From the NCBI GenBank assembly GCA_951406725.2, contig OX597815.1:131998001-132062000 (forward strand): DNA of 64,000 bases, in the 5' to 3' direction. Of the stretch, positions 1 through 12,575 are shown one piece after another. The number at the start of each line of letters is the position of its first letter. Positions within the stretch are counted from its first letter, which is position 1. The position numbers and the translations under genes were made by a program. The notes below the pieces were generated by a model that ran no database searches, was not told the DNA's origin, and saw nothing but the letters and a program-made list of their open reading frames with translations. Origin of the DNA: Octopus vulgaris (taxonomy: Eukaryota).

Positions 1-1834
1 TGAACCAGCACAGTTATAACAACTGATTTCATTACTTAATATTTTCAGCTCGTTGACTGCTTTCTTGCTTATCTTATCAACAAACGAACATTACATTATA
101 TAGATATGTATGTGTGTGTGTGATTATGTTTGAAATACCTTTAGATTTATTCGGAGAACACCGATTTAGTAGTAGGATAGTATAAGATAATTAATCCATT
201 CTAGAACGGATTAAAACTGTTGTTTTTGGTCCATTTATGAACAAAGTTGTTCAATGAGAACGTTTTGTATAAGTTAAAGATTTCACTGTAATGCTCGCTA
301 CTGTTATTATGAGATTGCTGAAAATACTCGTAATTAGCACTAGCTAATTAGAATAACAGTTATTGCAATTCCAGAAATAGAATATAATGACGAGCAAATT
401 AATTGATGCGGATAACATAAACTATTTTATACTAATCCTCTAAAATTTGTGACAACTTCTCTGTTAGAAAAGTAAAAGAAACAAAAGCTATCAGAAGGGA
501 CTCTTTAATCTTAAAATTTACACAGAACGCATTACATAATACAGTTTTACGTATCCTTCAAAAAGAACGTATTGTCACGAATAGATTTTCGTAGTTTGGT
601 TCAAATTAGGGATTTTCTATGAAAGAATAGCTAACGCGACGTTAAATTTCTTAGTATTTTAAATACACATACTCATGTATACTCCAAGCTATATCTAAGT
701 AACTTCTGTCGTCATAATGTGTTAATATGGTAGTAAAACATGTTCGCGGTTATTCGGATAATATATCTTAATTCATTAATTCAAATTATAAAGTTCCTTT
801 AATTAAAGAAAGCTACTCGATACGCGAACAGTTTACTCTGAATATAAGGATCTATCTTCACTTAGTAGAGAACAAGGGTGCACATCATTGACGGGCCATT
901 CTGTAATCGTCTTGAGTGGAATACGAATATAAAATGGGCATCTAAATTATAGTGTAACTTCTGTGCACTGTTAGATGTATTTAATCGCTGTAACATAACA
1001 CAATAATGTGTTCCCTAATAAAGTGGGTTTCAGACGACATTTTGTGTTTCAGTATCCAATTGTACTTGGAACATGAAATGTAGAGGTTGCAAATATACAC
1101 AATAGTAAAAACTTGCTTTGAGAACAAATTATATATTTTAAAAAATGTGTTTATCATATTTCCTCCTACATCTAAAATTATATAGAGTTAATTCTTATAA
1201 TTCTAAGTTGATTTTTCCATCAGATGATTCATATATTGTTTGTGCGCAGGAAGCGCTGAACTTGAAACGATAACCGATCGTCTGAACGGTTTATGAACAT
1301 CAAATCATTTAAATTAAGTCAACATGAGAAGGTATGTCAAGTGAGTATATTAGCCGCTATTTTGAATAACCAAAATTATGGCTGTTTTGAAACCTACGTT
1401 ATACTTCTGACTTCATATATCAAGTTAATCGATAGGTCAACACCATAGTTAAGATAATTAGACATAGTAGTATAGCGCTTACTACAAAGATTCATTGCTA
1501 GTGGATATCGGCTCTATGATTACGGTAAAATAAAGCTGCTTTACGTTGACGTGACATATAATTAGATTGCCTCTTGGCCTGCTTCAATCCAATGTCATTC
1601 AATACGGGTATAGAGAAGAATTTCTTAGTAGCACTGTTATAATGCAACTCCAAATTGTTTTTTTGCTATTTGTGATTTTACATATGGTTTTCTACTAACA
1701 CTGAAACATTTTCTGATATATATTTATATATTGAATTCGTTAGTACTGGTGGTCGAGGGCGGTTCCTCTGAGATTACTCAAATCAGACGGCTATGTTCGA
1801 TTTTTAGTGTTCTCAAATTTAATCTTAACGAAAT

Positions 1835-1918
1835 CTTGGGCTGATGACAGGAATGTTGATATAGGTATGTATTTCTAGCATCTCTATATCTAACTAACCC
1901 AGAAACGGCGTTCTCAAG
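1835..1918 (+). ncRNA. Type-I hammerhead ribozyme motif with long stem II
   Basis: CTTGGG-CTGATGA-[GTTGATATAG...CTATATCTAAC hairpin]-GAAAC-GGC-GTT-CTCAAG. Stem I CUUGGG/CUCAAG (6 bp, one G-U); core complete; stem II closing pair imperfect. Confidence 0.6.
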
Positions 1919-2092
1919 TAATCGATACACGAGTGATCTTTTGTTATTTTTCCCTCTATACCTACGTGAATTGTTTTAGAGCATACATTGTCTGGGAGAC
2001 TCTTCATATAGTAGAGGAAATAGCTAAATTCTTTGGCTGCTATTTCTAAAAGTTCGGTGTGTGGTAAATTGCTGAACCCTAATTATATAAAG

Positions 2093-2094
<2 letters not shown>

Positions 2095-2142
<48 letters not shown>
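2095..2142. repeat. (TA)n microsatellite
   Basis: Pure TA run. Confidence 0.95.
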
Positions 2143-2147
<5 letters not shown>

Positions 2148-3020
2148 CACATATATGAGTATATATCATTAAAGTCTACGTGTAATTGTTTCCAACTACA
2201 AGCCTATTTGTATTGAGATGGGCAGCATCATTATTTCCATACTTTTTCTCTCTTTTAAGTTTTTACTTTTTGCGGTAATGCATTCTAGGGTTCCTAGATA
2301 TATGACATTCTGTACAACAATATTTCGAGTGTATGTGTATACAAGTTAACACAATTATATGCAAATAATATAAGCATATGACAAAACTATACGGGTGTAA
2401 ACGTATGCACGAGCACACACAGGCATATATGCATATATGTTTTAATGTGTGCATAAACATATATATATTGTTATACTTATATGTGTATGTGTTTATGTAA
2501 GTGCATTGTTTTATTTACACTTTATACACCATATAACGATGTGCACACATTTGAAGGCAGGGGTTATTTTTGTGGGAAAGGCTTTTGATCAAGTTGCAGA
2601 CAAAACCTCGTCAATCGACCCATGCAGTGTGTATATACATGTGTTATGTGCGTGTTAGTTCACCGCATGACTATATATGTTTATACTCTCGCATGAAGCC
2701 ATTCGTGTTTTTAACATCTGAAAGTCTTGTAACCCGTTTCAGTGAGAAGAAGCAGTCTGATGGTCGATCGCATCAATCACAACGAAACAGATATATTGTG
2801 AAAAGAACAGTTGCGATTCAATCGCCTTTTTAACACTTTCGCTTTCAATCACCGATATGATATGCAAAGTGTTGAAGTCTCAACAGTGTCTAAAAGCAAA
2901 TGCCTAGGATATCACATACTGTGGCTCCATCAGTACGAATACCTTCACAGTGGAGAAGTCAGTGGAGATGGTTATACACCATAGTCAGTCTACTGCTACC
3001 ACTTATAAAATCTGTGCACG

Positions 3021-3244
<224 letters not shown>

Positions 3245-3277
3245 TATGCATATGTATATATATACATATATGCATAC

Positions 3278-3683
3278 ATATATGTACATACCTACATATA
3301 TATGTATATATACATGCATATATGGGTACAGGACTTCGAAAAAACTTGAACAAAATGAAAAATGATAACATAAAAAGCATGGAAAAAAACATGGAAAACG
3401 AACATTTTTACGAACAACGAAAGAAACGAATAGAGAAATGAGACAGGCAGCATAAAGAACAATCCTTTCATCAGTTGTCCCCTGTTGTGTTTACTCCGCA
3501 TTTCGAACGTTGGGATGTTGCATGCCCTTTTTCTCTGTTTGTTTCTTTCACTGTTCGAAAAAAGTTCGTTTTCCATATTTTGTTTTATTATGGCTCTAGT
3601 TTTTCATTTTGTTCACGTTTTTGGACATCCTGTACCCCTATATGCATGTTAATATACATATATATGTAGGTATGTACATATAT
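3278..3683. repeat. Foldback element (about 170-bp imperfect inverted arms, about 75-bp spacer)
   Basis: tatgtacatacctacatatatatgtatat..catgcatata..gggtacagga..gaacaaaatgaaaaa..atggaaaacgaac..gaaagaaac (3281-3440) recurs as its reverse complement at about 3525-3683. Confidence 0.8.
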
Positions 3684-3699
3684 CTATATATATATATAA

Positions 3700-4104
3700 C
3701 TTTTACTCTTTTACTTGTTTCAGTCATTTGACTGCGGCCATACTGGAGCACCGCCTTTAGTCGAGCAAATCGACCCCGGGACATATTCTTTGTAAGCCCA
3801 GTACTTATTCTATCGGTTTCTTTTTTGCCGAACCGCTAAGTGACGGGGACGTAAACACACCAGCATCGGTTATCAAGCAATGCTAGGGGGATAAACACAG
3901 ACACACAAACAAACACACACACATACATATATATATATATAGATATATACGACAGGCTTCTTTCAGTTTCCGTCTACCAAATCCACTCACAAGGCATTGG
4001 TCGGCCCGGGGCTATCGCAGAGGACACTTGGCCACGCAGTGGGACTGAACCCGGAACGATGTGGTTGGTTAGCAAGCTACTTACCACACAGCCACTCCTG
4101 CGCC
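3700..4104 (-). mobile_element. tRNA-derived SINE, family 1
   Basis: Minus-strand head GGCGCAGGAGTGGCTGTGTGG (A box)...GGTTCAGTCCC (B box), internal CA/TA tract, tail ...GCAGTCAAATGACTGAAACAAGTAAAAGAGTAAAA; similar copies at 4870 and 24911. Confidence 0.85.
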
Positions 4105-4160
4105 TATATGCATATGCATATATGCATATAAACAAATATATATATATTATTCATATTATA

Positions 4161-4226
<66 letters not shown>

Positions 4227-4341
4227 AACTTTGAATCACGTAAGACACCCACATACACCCACTGGTGTATATAGAAATTTATATTCGATGAACTTGGTTG
4301 ACTCAGAGCTATAGTACAAAACACTAGACCCAGTTCCCATG

Positions 4342-4523
4342 CAGTGTGATTGAACCCGAAACAGCGTGGTTGAGAAGAACAATTCTTATCACACGCAGCC
4401 ACACCTACGCCTACATGTAAAAATATACATGAACATGTATATATACATATTTTAATCAGCATATTATATAGGTATACATACGTATGGACCTATTCTTATA
4501 TATATGTGCATAATATGCATACC

Positions 4524-4574
<51 letters not shown>

Positions 4575-4586
4575 AATGTATTGTTT

Positions 4587-4617
<31 letters not shown>

Positions 4618-4804
4618 CAGTGGGATTGAACCCGAAACAGCGTGGTTGAGAAGAACAATTCTTACCACACACAGCCACACCTACGCCTACATGCAAAAAT
4701 ATACATGTACATGTATATATATACATATTTTAATCAGCATATTATATAGGTATACATACGTATGGACCTATTCTTATATATATGTGTATAATATGCATAC
4801 CTAT

Positions 4805-4844
<40 letters not shown>

Positions 4845-4866
4845 AATGTATTCTTTTATATATATA
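4342..4866. repeat. Local tandem duplication (about 275-bp unit: SINE-1-like head + flank + TA tract)
   Basis: 4342-4597 and 4618-4866 are near-identical (ttgaacccgaaacagcgtggttgagaagaacaattctta...tttaatcagcatattatataggtatacatacgtatggacctattc). Confidence 0.85.
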
Positions 4867-4869
4867 TCT

Positions 4870-5282
4870 CTTTTTTTACTCACTCTTTTTACTTGTTTCA
4901 GTCATTTGACTGCGGCTATGCTGGAGCACCGCCTTTTAATCGAGCAACTCGACCCCTGGACTTATTCTTTGTAAGCCCAGTACTTATTCTATCGGTTTCT
5001 TTTTGCCGAACCGCTAAGTGACGGGGACATAAACACACCAGCATCGGTTGTCAAGCAATGGTAGGGGGTCAAATACAGACACACAAACACACACACACAA
5101 ACATATATATATACATATTTACGACGTGCTTCTTTCAGTTTCCGTCTACCAAATCCACTCCCAAGGCTTTGGTCGGCCCGAGGCTATAGGAGAAGACTCT
5201 TGCCCAAGGTACCACGCAGTGGGACTGAACCCAGAACAATGTGGTTGGTAAACAAGCTACTTACCACACAGCCACTCCTGCG

Positions 5283-5284
<2 letters not shown>
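4870..5284 (-). mobile_element. tRNA-derived SINE, family 1
   Basis: Colinear with 3700-4104; same A/B box head and tail. Confidence 0.85.
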
Positions 5285-5352
<68 letters not shown>

Positions 5353-5749
5353 TATATATACATGTATTTTTGATGGTCATTTTTTTGCCAAATAAACACA
5401 CGCAGTCTATATATTTTAACTCATATCCATTGTCCGGAAAAAATTTTGTCACTCATCTGTGGCCTCTTCAGCGAATTTTGCATTTTTGTGTGTGTTCTTC
5501 CTCTACTTACTCCATTATGTTCTTCTGTGTGTCCTTCTGTGCGCATGCGTTTGTGTCCTTGTTTGTTTGTGTCTATGTGTGTGTGTGAAAATGTTTAGCA
5601 GTAGTATGGCCTTTCCCTCAGCCCCATCCTCTCACACCATTGTACTGCTGCTGTCCTAAGACCCTAAAAATCTACGGTATAGTTCCTGTATTTCTCTGTG
5701 TATGTGTTCGCCCACGGTATTGCCATCGTGGAAGTTGTTGCTGACATTG

Positions 5750-5750
<1 letters not shown>

Positions 5751-5831
<81 letters not shown>

Positions 5832-5876
5832 ATGCATACATACCTACATGCATGCATGCATACATACACACATATA

Positions 5877-5910
<34 letters not shown>

Positions 5911-5935
5911 CATACATGCATGCATGCATACATAC
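5751..5935. repeat. Compound (TA)n/(CATA)n microsatellite
   Basis: Direct reading. Confidence 0.9.
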
Positions 5936-6648
5936 AATATATGTTTCTGCATACAATTTTTTTCTGCATATTGCTCTAAACGCAGGTTAGAAGATTAGAA
6001 ATGTACTAGAAAGTAATTAGCTTTCATGATACCTAAAATATCATTTCTTTTTAAATAAGTAAAAGCATAAACAGAAAAAAATATGTTAACTAAATAATAA
6101 TAACAATATTTGTAGCAATATTTTTAAGTTACAACTTCAAAGAAAGCTAAATGGAAATACATATATATATATATATCGAATCAATATTATGAAAAACATC
6201 AAAAAGTATCAAATGCATTTCAACAAAATTATCGATAACATCATCCCTTTGAACGATATTAATCGACGGGAATATAATTCTGTAACGTTGAACGTTAAAT
6301 GAGTAGGTCGATAGCCATATGATGTTACCAGCGAAAGAAATTTGATTTGATGGTTGGTGCTCTTTTCGTAAAAGATTGATCTCATGTTGCATATAGATGA
6401 AAAGGTTGCATAACAATACTTTAAACATGACCTGTAGGCTTACACTTATTAGCCGTTCAAAATGTACAATACAATTCTGCTTTCTTATATCATTGATATC
6501 AGATAAAACCATATGATACTGCAAATATGCAATATCCCAAAGACTTACGGCGAATTCGGTAAATGCAGGTGTATGATTGTACGTATACATACACATATTA
6601 TATATGTATATATATATATATACATATATATGTATATATACATGTATA

Positions 6649-6682
<34 letters not shown>

Positions 6683-7103
6683 CATACATACACATACATA
6701 CACACACATACACACACACACATATATATATACAATTATAAATTTTCTTTAGGAAATCTTGGATAGCATGGAGGTGGTTGAGTGAAACCGGACACGCAAG
6801 ACAAGTTCAAGAGATACAAGGAAGAAGTTCAACTCAGGCAGACTACGATTGATGCATACATATACGGATTTAATAAAAAGAATTATTGTAAACATATACT
6901 AATACATACAAAATATAGTGTTATAAATATATATAAATGAATGTTAAAAATATGCAGGGACAAATTTATATATATGTATATAAATATAATGGAGTATAGA
7001 TAAAACTATAGATGAGCATAATAAAATATATATATAAAGACATTTCGTTTTAAAATTATGGAATACAGTGTAGTGTAGTACCATATTTAAATGAAAAGAC
7101 GTA

Positions 7104-7189
7104 TTCCTACGATCGTTTCAGTGGTTTATTCCGAGAGTACATGTGAATCTTACTTTTCACTTCGAAGGAATGCTGCCATCATCAGGGAA
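7104..7189 (-). ncRNA. Type-I hammerhead ribozyme motif with long stem II
   Basis: Minus strand: TTCC-CTGATGA-[TGG..ATTCC...GGAAT..CCA]-CT-GAAAC-GATC-GTA-GGAA. Stem I UUCC/GGAA, palindromic stem III ACGAUCGU, GUA cleavage triplet. Confidence 0.7.
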
Positions 7190-7271
7190 AAGAGAAGAAT
7201 AGTGCTTGCACCGGAAATGTGTTTGATTTTCACATATACATATGCATACATACATATACATATATACATAC

Positions 7272-7321
<50 letters not shown>

Positions 7322-7324
<3 letters not shown>

Positions 7325-7392
7325 TAGATAAACTTAGATATGTTTCGACCAGAGATTGGTCCAGGCCATATCCGACTTAATAGCACCACCTG
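7322..7392 (-). mobile_element. 3' tail fragment of the CR1/L2-like LINE family seen at 7790-8260
   Basis: Reverse complement matches 8183-8253 (caggtggtgc.attaagt...ggcc.ggaccaatc...aacatatctaagtttatctaagt). Confidence 0.7.
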
Positions 7393-7536
7393 TATATATA
7401 TATGTATATATATGTATATATATATATATATATACACCACCTGATATATATATATATATACACACACACATATATATATATACATATATAGGGTAAAATT
7501 AATTAATTGTTAATCACATACACACATATATATATA

Positions 7537-7579
<43 letters not shown>

Positions 7580-7637
7580 CACACACATATATATATATAT
7601 ATATACACATACATATATATATATACATACACACATA

Positions 7638-7692
<55 letters not shown>

Positions 7693-7694
7693 CA

Positions 7695-7741
7695 AAAACT
7701 GTCTGATGAACGGCAACGAGAAACTCAGAGCAACAGATTTT
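7695..7741 (+). ncRNA. Minimal hammerhead ribozyme motif, probably inactivated (GUA>GCA)
   Basis: AAAACTGT-CTGATGA-ACGGCAACGA-GAAAC-TCAGA-GCA-ACAGATTTT. Stem I CUGU/ACAG extends into AAAA/UUUU; AATAAA about 20 nt downstream. Confidence 0.55.
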
Positions 7742-7789
7742 GTTGAATTTTCTGCTGCTTTAAATAAAGCATATTACTCTACCTTAAAA

Positions 7790-8260
7790 CATTGAGACAC
7801 TATTCTCTTCATCGCCGCCGTATGCAATACATCATTTGCACGATGTGGAGAATATACAACCAGGATTGCCCAAACGACCTCAAAATTCATCCAAGGCTAG
7901 GATCACAGGCCTTACATCCTCTACTAGATTCAAGATCGCAACACAAATACACTGCAAGACAATTTCTTTTCCTCAACAAGCCATGCCCTATTTCACATTG
8001 TCCCGAAACAGATCAAAGAGGAAAAGGATCCCATTATTTTAAAACTGAATCAGGTCAAATTTCTTCAAGGATTACCAGATAAGCCACCTATACCTGTGTA
8101 CAAGTCACTCAATAACAACTCCCTACTCGAATGGACGATGATACTACAAAACTTGACTTAAAAAGGATTTAGAATAACCTATCAGGTGGTGCGATTAAGT
8201 TAGACATGGCCGGGACCAATCCTTGGTCAGAACATATCTAAGTTTATCTAAGTCTAAGTT
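7790..8260 (+). mobile_element. 5'-truncated CR1/L2-like LINE 3' end (decayed ORF2 C-terminus)
   Basis: YSLHRRRMQYIICTMWRIY...CPNDL..HPRLG...ALFHIVPKQIKEEKDPIIFK...KFLQGLPDKP...NNNSLLEW across frameshifts; short tandem tail tctaagtt. Confidence 0.7.
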
Positions 8261-8271
8261 TATATACATGC

Positions 8272-8319
<48 letters not shown>

Positions 8320-8321
<2 letters not shown>

Positions 8322-8867
8322 AAGAAGCTACTACAGTGATATATTAATATATTAAGATAAATACTGAACACATTATAGTATGTGTGGCTAGCAATTAAAA
8401 ACTAAAAAGGAATTAAGAAATAAAGGGTGCAAAATGGTACCAGCCATTGCTAAAAGAGAAAGTCAGAAAATTAGCTCTGAGAGTCACAAAAAGACACTAA
8501 CCTCTCGATTACGTTAACGGAAACCGGGCACAGCAAACTAAAACGATCTATTCCTTATGAGTAGACTCACAAAAGAAATAGCTGGATAATGCTTTACCAC
8601 GTTATTTTGAAATTTAATCAATAAGGTTATGTTTCTGTTCAGAAGCATCTACCTACAACTCAGGGCTAAATAGATAGTTTGCTTCGTTATAGTAAATGAG
8701 AATAGGAAACTGCTGATAAACAGCGCTAAATTCAAACGGTTAGAGTATATATTATCATTACAAGAAAACACTACAATGATATATTAATATAATAAAATAT
8801 ATTAAACACGTAATAGTATGTGTGGCTAGCAATTAAAAACCAAATAGGAATTAATTAAATAAAGGGT
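8320..8867. repeat. About 108-bp direct repeat, copies 440 bp apart
   Basis: 8320-8428 vs 8760-8867 (ctaca.tgatatattaatat...tagtatgtgtggctagcaattaaaaac...ggaattaa..aataaagggt). Confidence 0.75.
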
Positions 8868-9450
8868 ATGAATTAAATAATATCAGAACATGCCATGAAA
8901 CTTGAAGATTATGCGTGCAATACCGGATATATTCTGATGCTGACTTCTGTATAAATTACTAATTATGCACACACATATAACTATATATCTCTACCTGTAT
9001 GTGTGTGAGTTTGTGTGTATGTATATTTATGTTTATTGACACAGGGAGATTCTTTTCCCTTGCATATATATATTTATAAATTACTACATACATACACATA
9101 TGCACAGATGCACACACACACATACACACATATCGTGCAATGCCTGTGCAAGAAGATGTTTTTTATAGTGAGGAAAGGCTGTGAACTGAGTCAATCCCAC
9201 TCACTAAGCAACATAATTCGAAAAGAAGAACAAGTCAACATCATCGGTAACCACTGAGCCGCAGGTTTTATGTCCGAGTTATCCCAGTTACCCGAGTTAC
9301 CGTCTCCTAGAAGGATGCCCTAACAAAGGCAAGGAGTCCTTCACTCTCAATGGTTTAACCGCGCGATCGGTTATTCAGTCCGATTATTTCTCTGTCCCCG
9401 CGCATGATACATCCTTAAGACATTTATTGGATGGCCGTTGACTCTGAAGT

Positions 9451-9540
9451 CATACATACATACATACATACATACATACATACATACATACATACATACA
9501 TACATACATACATACATACATACATACATACATACATACA
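9451..9540. repeat. (CATA)n microsatellite
   Basis: Pure run. Confidence 0.95.
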
Positions 9541-9619
9541 ATATAACAGTGGCCCATAATGTGTTTGCAATGTCAGTACTCATACCAGCATTTGGGCTGT
9601 TTGATTGGTCGCTTGATGA

Positions 9620-10680
9620 GATCCGAGCCTTTTAAACTCGGAAGATCAACATCAACAGCGATATAGGCCGCTCACTACCTCAAGCGTAAACAAAGCGGCA
9701 GAAGTTTAACATCGATCGAAAATGCCTTTGAATATTGTATGATATCTCTTCAGCAACATCTTTTAACTACCGAGTGTCGAAGTGTATCGGTTCACCAGGT
9801 TTGCACACATGAGGCTGATAACATCATGAGACTTGGAAGATAGCCCCTTTGGCAGCATTACTTGTCTGATAACCTTAGATACATACACAAACTTTCGCAC
9901 GTTGAGCGTATATGAGCAGAAAATCATGCATGGATATATTAGTAGAAAGCTACGTGATGATAGTAACACTGATCATCAAAGCAGTCTATCATGGACCAAC
10001 AACCGGATTACTACCTCTTACTTTGGAAATATCAACCAAATACCTGATGCTCAAAAGGGACACTGATGTAGGAAAAGCAGTAAAATATGACAAACGATGC
10101 AGACTTTGTGGAGGTAACACTAAAGATATCGCCCACATTATAGGGAGTTGTCTGAAAATGTCATCACGCTATTATCTATCTATAACATGGTGTTGTAGCT
10201 AGGACACTGTATAACGAGATCCATCGAAAGGATGACCCCGAGGACAAGAAATGAGAATCCACAGCATTGGGTGGTGGAATCTCGCAGTGAAAGCATCAAT
10301 AAAATCTAAGCACGACAGAGAAAAGAAACAGTGTACTATTGTAGAAATAAACTGCCCAGCTCATGTTAACATAAAACTGAAGATCAGTAACAAAGTGAAT
10401 TCATGCGCTAAACTATTGAGAAATCTGCAGTTACTCTATCCGTATTACTAGTTCAGGACTATACATGTAATTACTGGGATATGTAACACACTGCCTAATA
10501 TCAATCTTAAGAAATTAGGCTTTTCAAAACAAAAGAGAAAGCTAATTGGAAGTATACAAATCCAATCCATCACTGGAACTGTAAAAATCTCCAGAATTTC
10601 ATCATTTAAGTAGGTATGAGCATGTCTACATATGCAAGTATATGCATGAGAAGACATGCATAAAATAAGACATACAAATC
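9620..10680 (+). mobile_element. Decayed RLE-type (R4/Dong-like) non-LTR retrotransposon, 3' part
   Basis: CCHC knuckle KRCRLCGGNTKDIAHIIGSCLKMS; RLE-like WWNLAVK...KQCTIVEINCPAHVNI...LLRNLQLLYP; many stops and frameshifts. Confidence 0.75.
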
Positions 10681-10710
10681 TGCACTATAACACACACAAA
10701 CACACACACA

Positions 10711-10763
<53 letters not shown>

Positions 10764-11391
10764 ACCTACACACACATTTGACAGTCTCTCAGATGAAGTT
10801 CCATATCCGAATTTTTAGAATATATGTAAAATATCTGATAGGTTTTACGAATCTCACTAGCCAATGCTTGAACATATCAGTCAGTTAAAACAGAAAATTG
10901 AAAACGTGTTAGGGAACAGAGAAGAGCGTGATGAAGAAGTAATACAAATGCACCGGGTTACAGATAAAGTGGAAAAGAAGGAAGAAAGGGTGAGATGTAG
11001 GGTAATTGCCGGTGAGAAGTTGAAATGTGAAAAAATTCCTGGTGATATTATAGGCATTGGAAATGTGTTCAGGAAACTAAGCTAGGTCACAGTTCATAAA
11101 ATAAGGTGATTCAGAACAGTGGTTCTTATATGCTTCACTCTATGTTGTGTGCTAGCGAATGGACGTTATAACCAGACTATTGCTAGACTTTTCCATGAAA
11201 TACAACTAGAGATACGTATTTTAGATGCCATAACCTCCTCTGCAGTGATAAAAATTCGAATTACTTGAGATGTTTTCTAGATAGCGATGTAATGTGATTA
11301 AGGGAAAAGAACCTAACCTTTTCTTTTCTAATGTGTTTGTATGTACATATACACGCGCACATACACGCATGCACACGTACACACGCACGCA

Positions 11392-11500
<109 letters not shown>

Positions 11501-12130
11501 ATGTATGAATTCAACAAGCCAGCGTTTTCTCTTGAGGTTGAGTTTAATTTCTGAACTATTCAAAAATTCATAGGAACAGACGGTCAATTTCTTGTAAATC
11601 GACTCGATCAAAACTATGAACGAATGTATTCCTTGTGGGACCATTTATATTTTTGAAGCGATAAAATGGACTATAATATATAATCGTTCTAACAAGGTAG
11701 TAGGGGATTTAAAAGATATGTTTATGATGTCTTGTGATATATATGTATATGTACCTGTCTGTTTGTGCGTATGTTTTATATATTTTACTAAGCCTGTCTT
11801 TATCATGATACGACCGTAGAATAGTATGCAAGCTACTTAATGGCTGTTAGTGTATAACCCAAGATCGCCCATTTTTGTTCAGTCTTACCATCAACGTCCT
11901 CTAAACCGGAGCCATCTTCATTTTCTCCCTATATACAAGAATCTCAGGGTCACTCTCTCCAATAAGTCCTGTTTTAAGTCGGTGTGTAATATGATTTTAC
12001 CTGCTATTTCTGGAAGAAATGAGCATGTAGAGCTTACATTTTTGACTTGAGCAATGTGAAACTAAGTATAGCAAATAATGAAGATTGATGACCTATCAAA
12101 TGCAGTATGGATACAATATTTGCTAGGGAA

Positions 12131-12575
12131 AGGCGGGGGCCTGGCAGAATCGTTAGCATGCCGGGCGAAATGCGTAGCGGTATGTTATCTGCCGCTACGT
12201 TCTGTGTTCAAATTCCGACGAGGTCAACTTTGCTTTCATCCTTTCGGGGTCGATTAAATAAGTACCAGTTATGCACTGGAGTCGATGTAATCGACATAAT
12301 CCCCTTGTCTGGCCTTGTTTGTCCCTTCTATGTTTATCCTCTTGTGGGTAATAAAGAAATAAGAAACGTTAGCATGCTGGGCAAAAGTCTTAGCTGTATT
12401 TCGTTTGTCTTTACGTTCTGAGTCCAAACTCCGCGGAGGTCGACTTTGTCTTTCATTCTTTTGGAGTCGATAAATTAAGTACCAGTTGCGTACTGGGGGT
12501 TGATCTAATCGACTGCCCCCCCCACCCCCCAAAAAAACCTCAAAATTTCAGGGCATTGTGCCTAGAGTAGAAAAG
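12131..12575 (+). mobile_element. Dimeric tRNA-derived SINE, family 2, with 16-bp TSD
   Basis: Two monomers (cgttagcatgc.gggc.aaa...gttcaaattcc...gaggtc.actttg..tttcat.ctt..ggggtcgat.aa.taagtaccagtt); TSD aatatttgcta(g/a)ggaa at 12115-12130 and 12576-12591. Confidence 0.85.

Noticed and set aside
2752-2800. CTGATGG...GAAAC motif
   Set aside because: Core mismatch and no UH triplet in register with stem I.
6147-6719. 190-aa minus ORF
   Set aside because: Both ends are microsatellite-derived and the middle has no recognisable motif.
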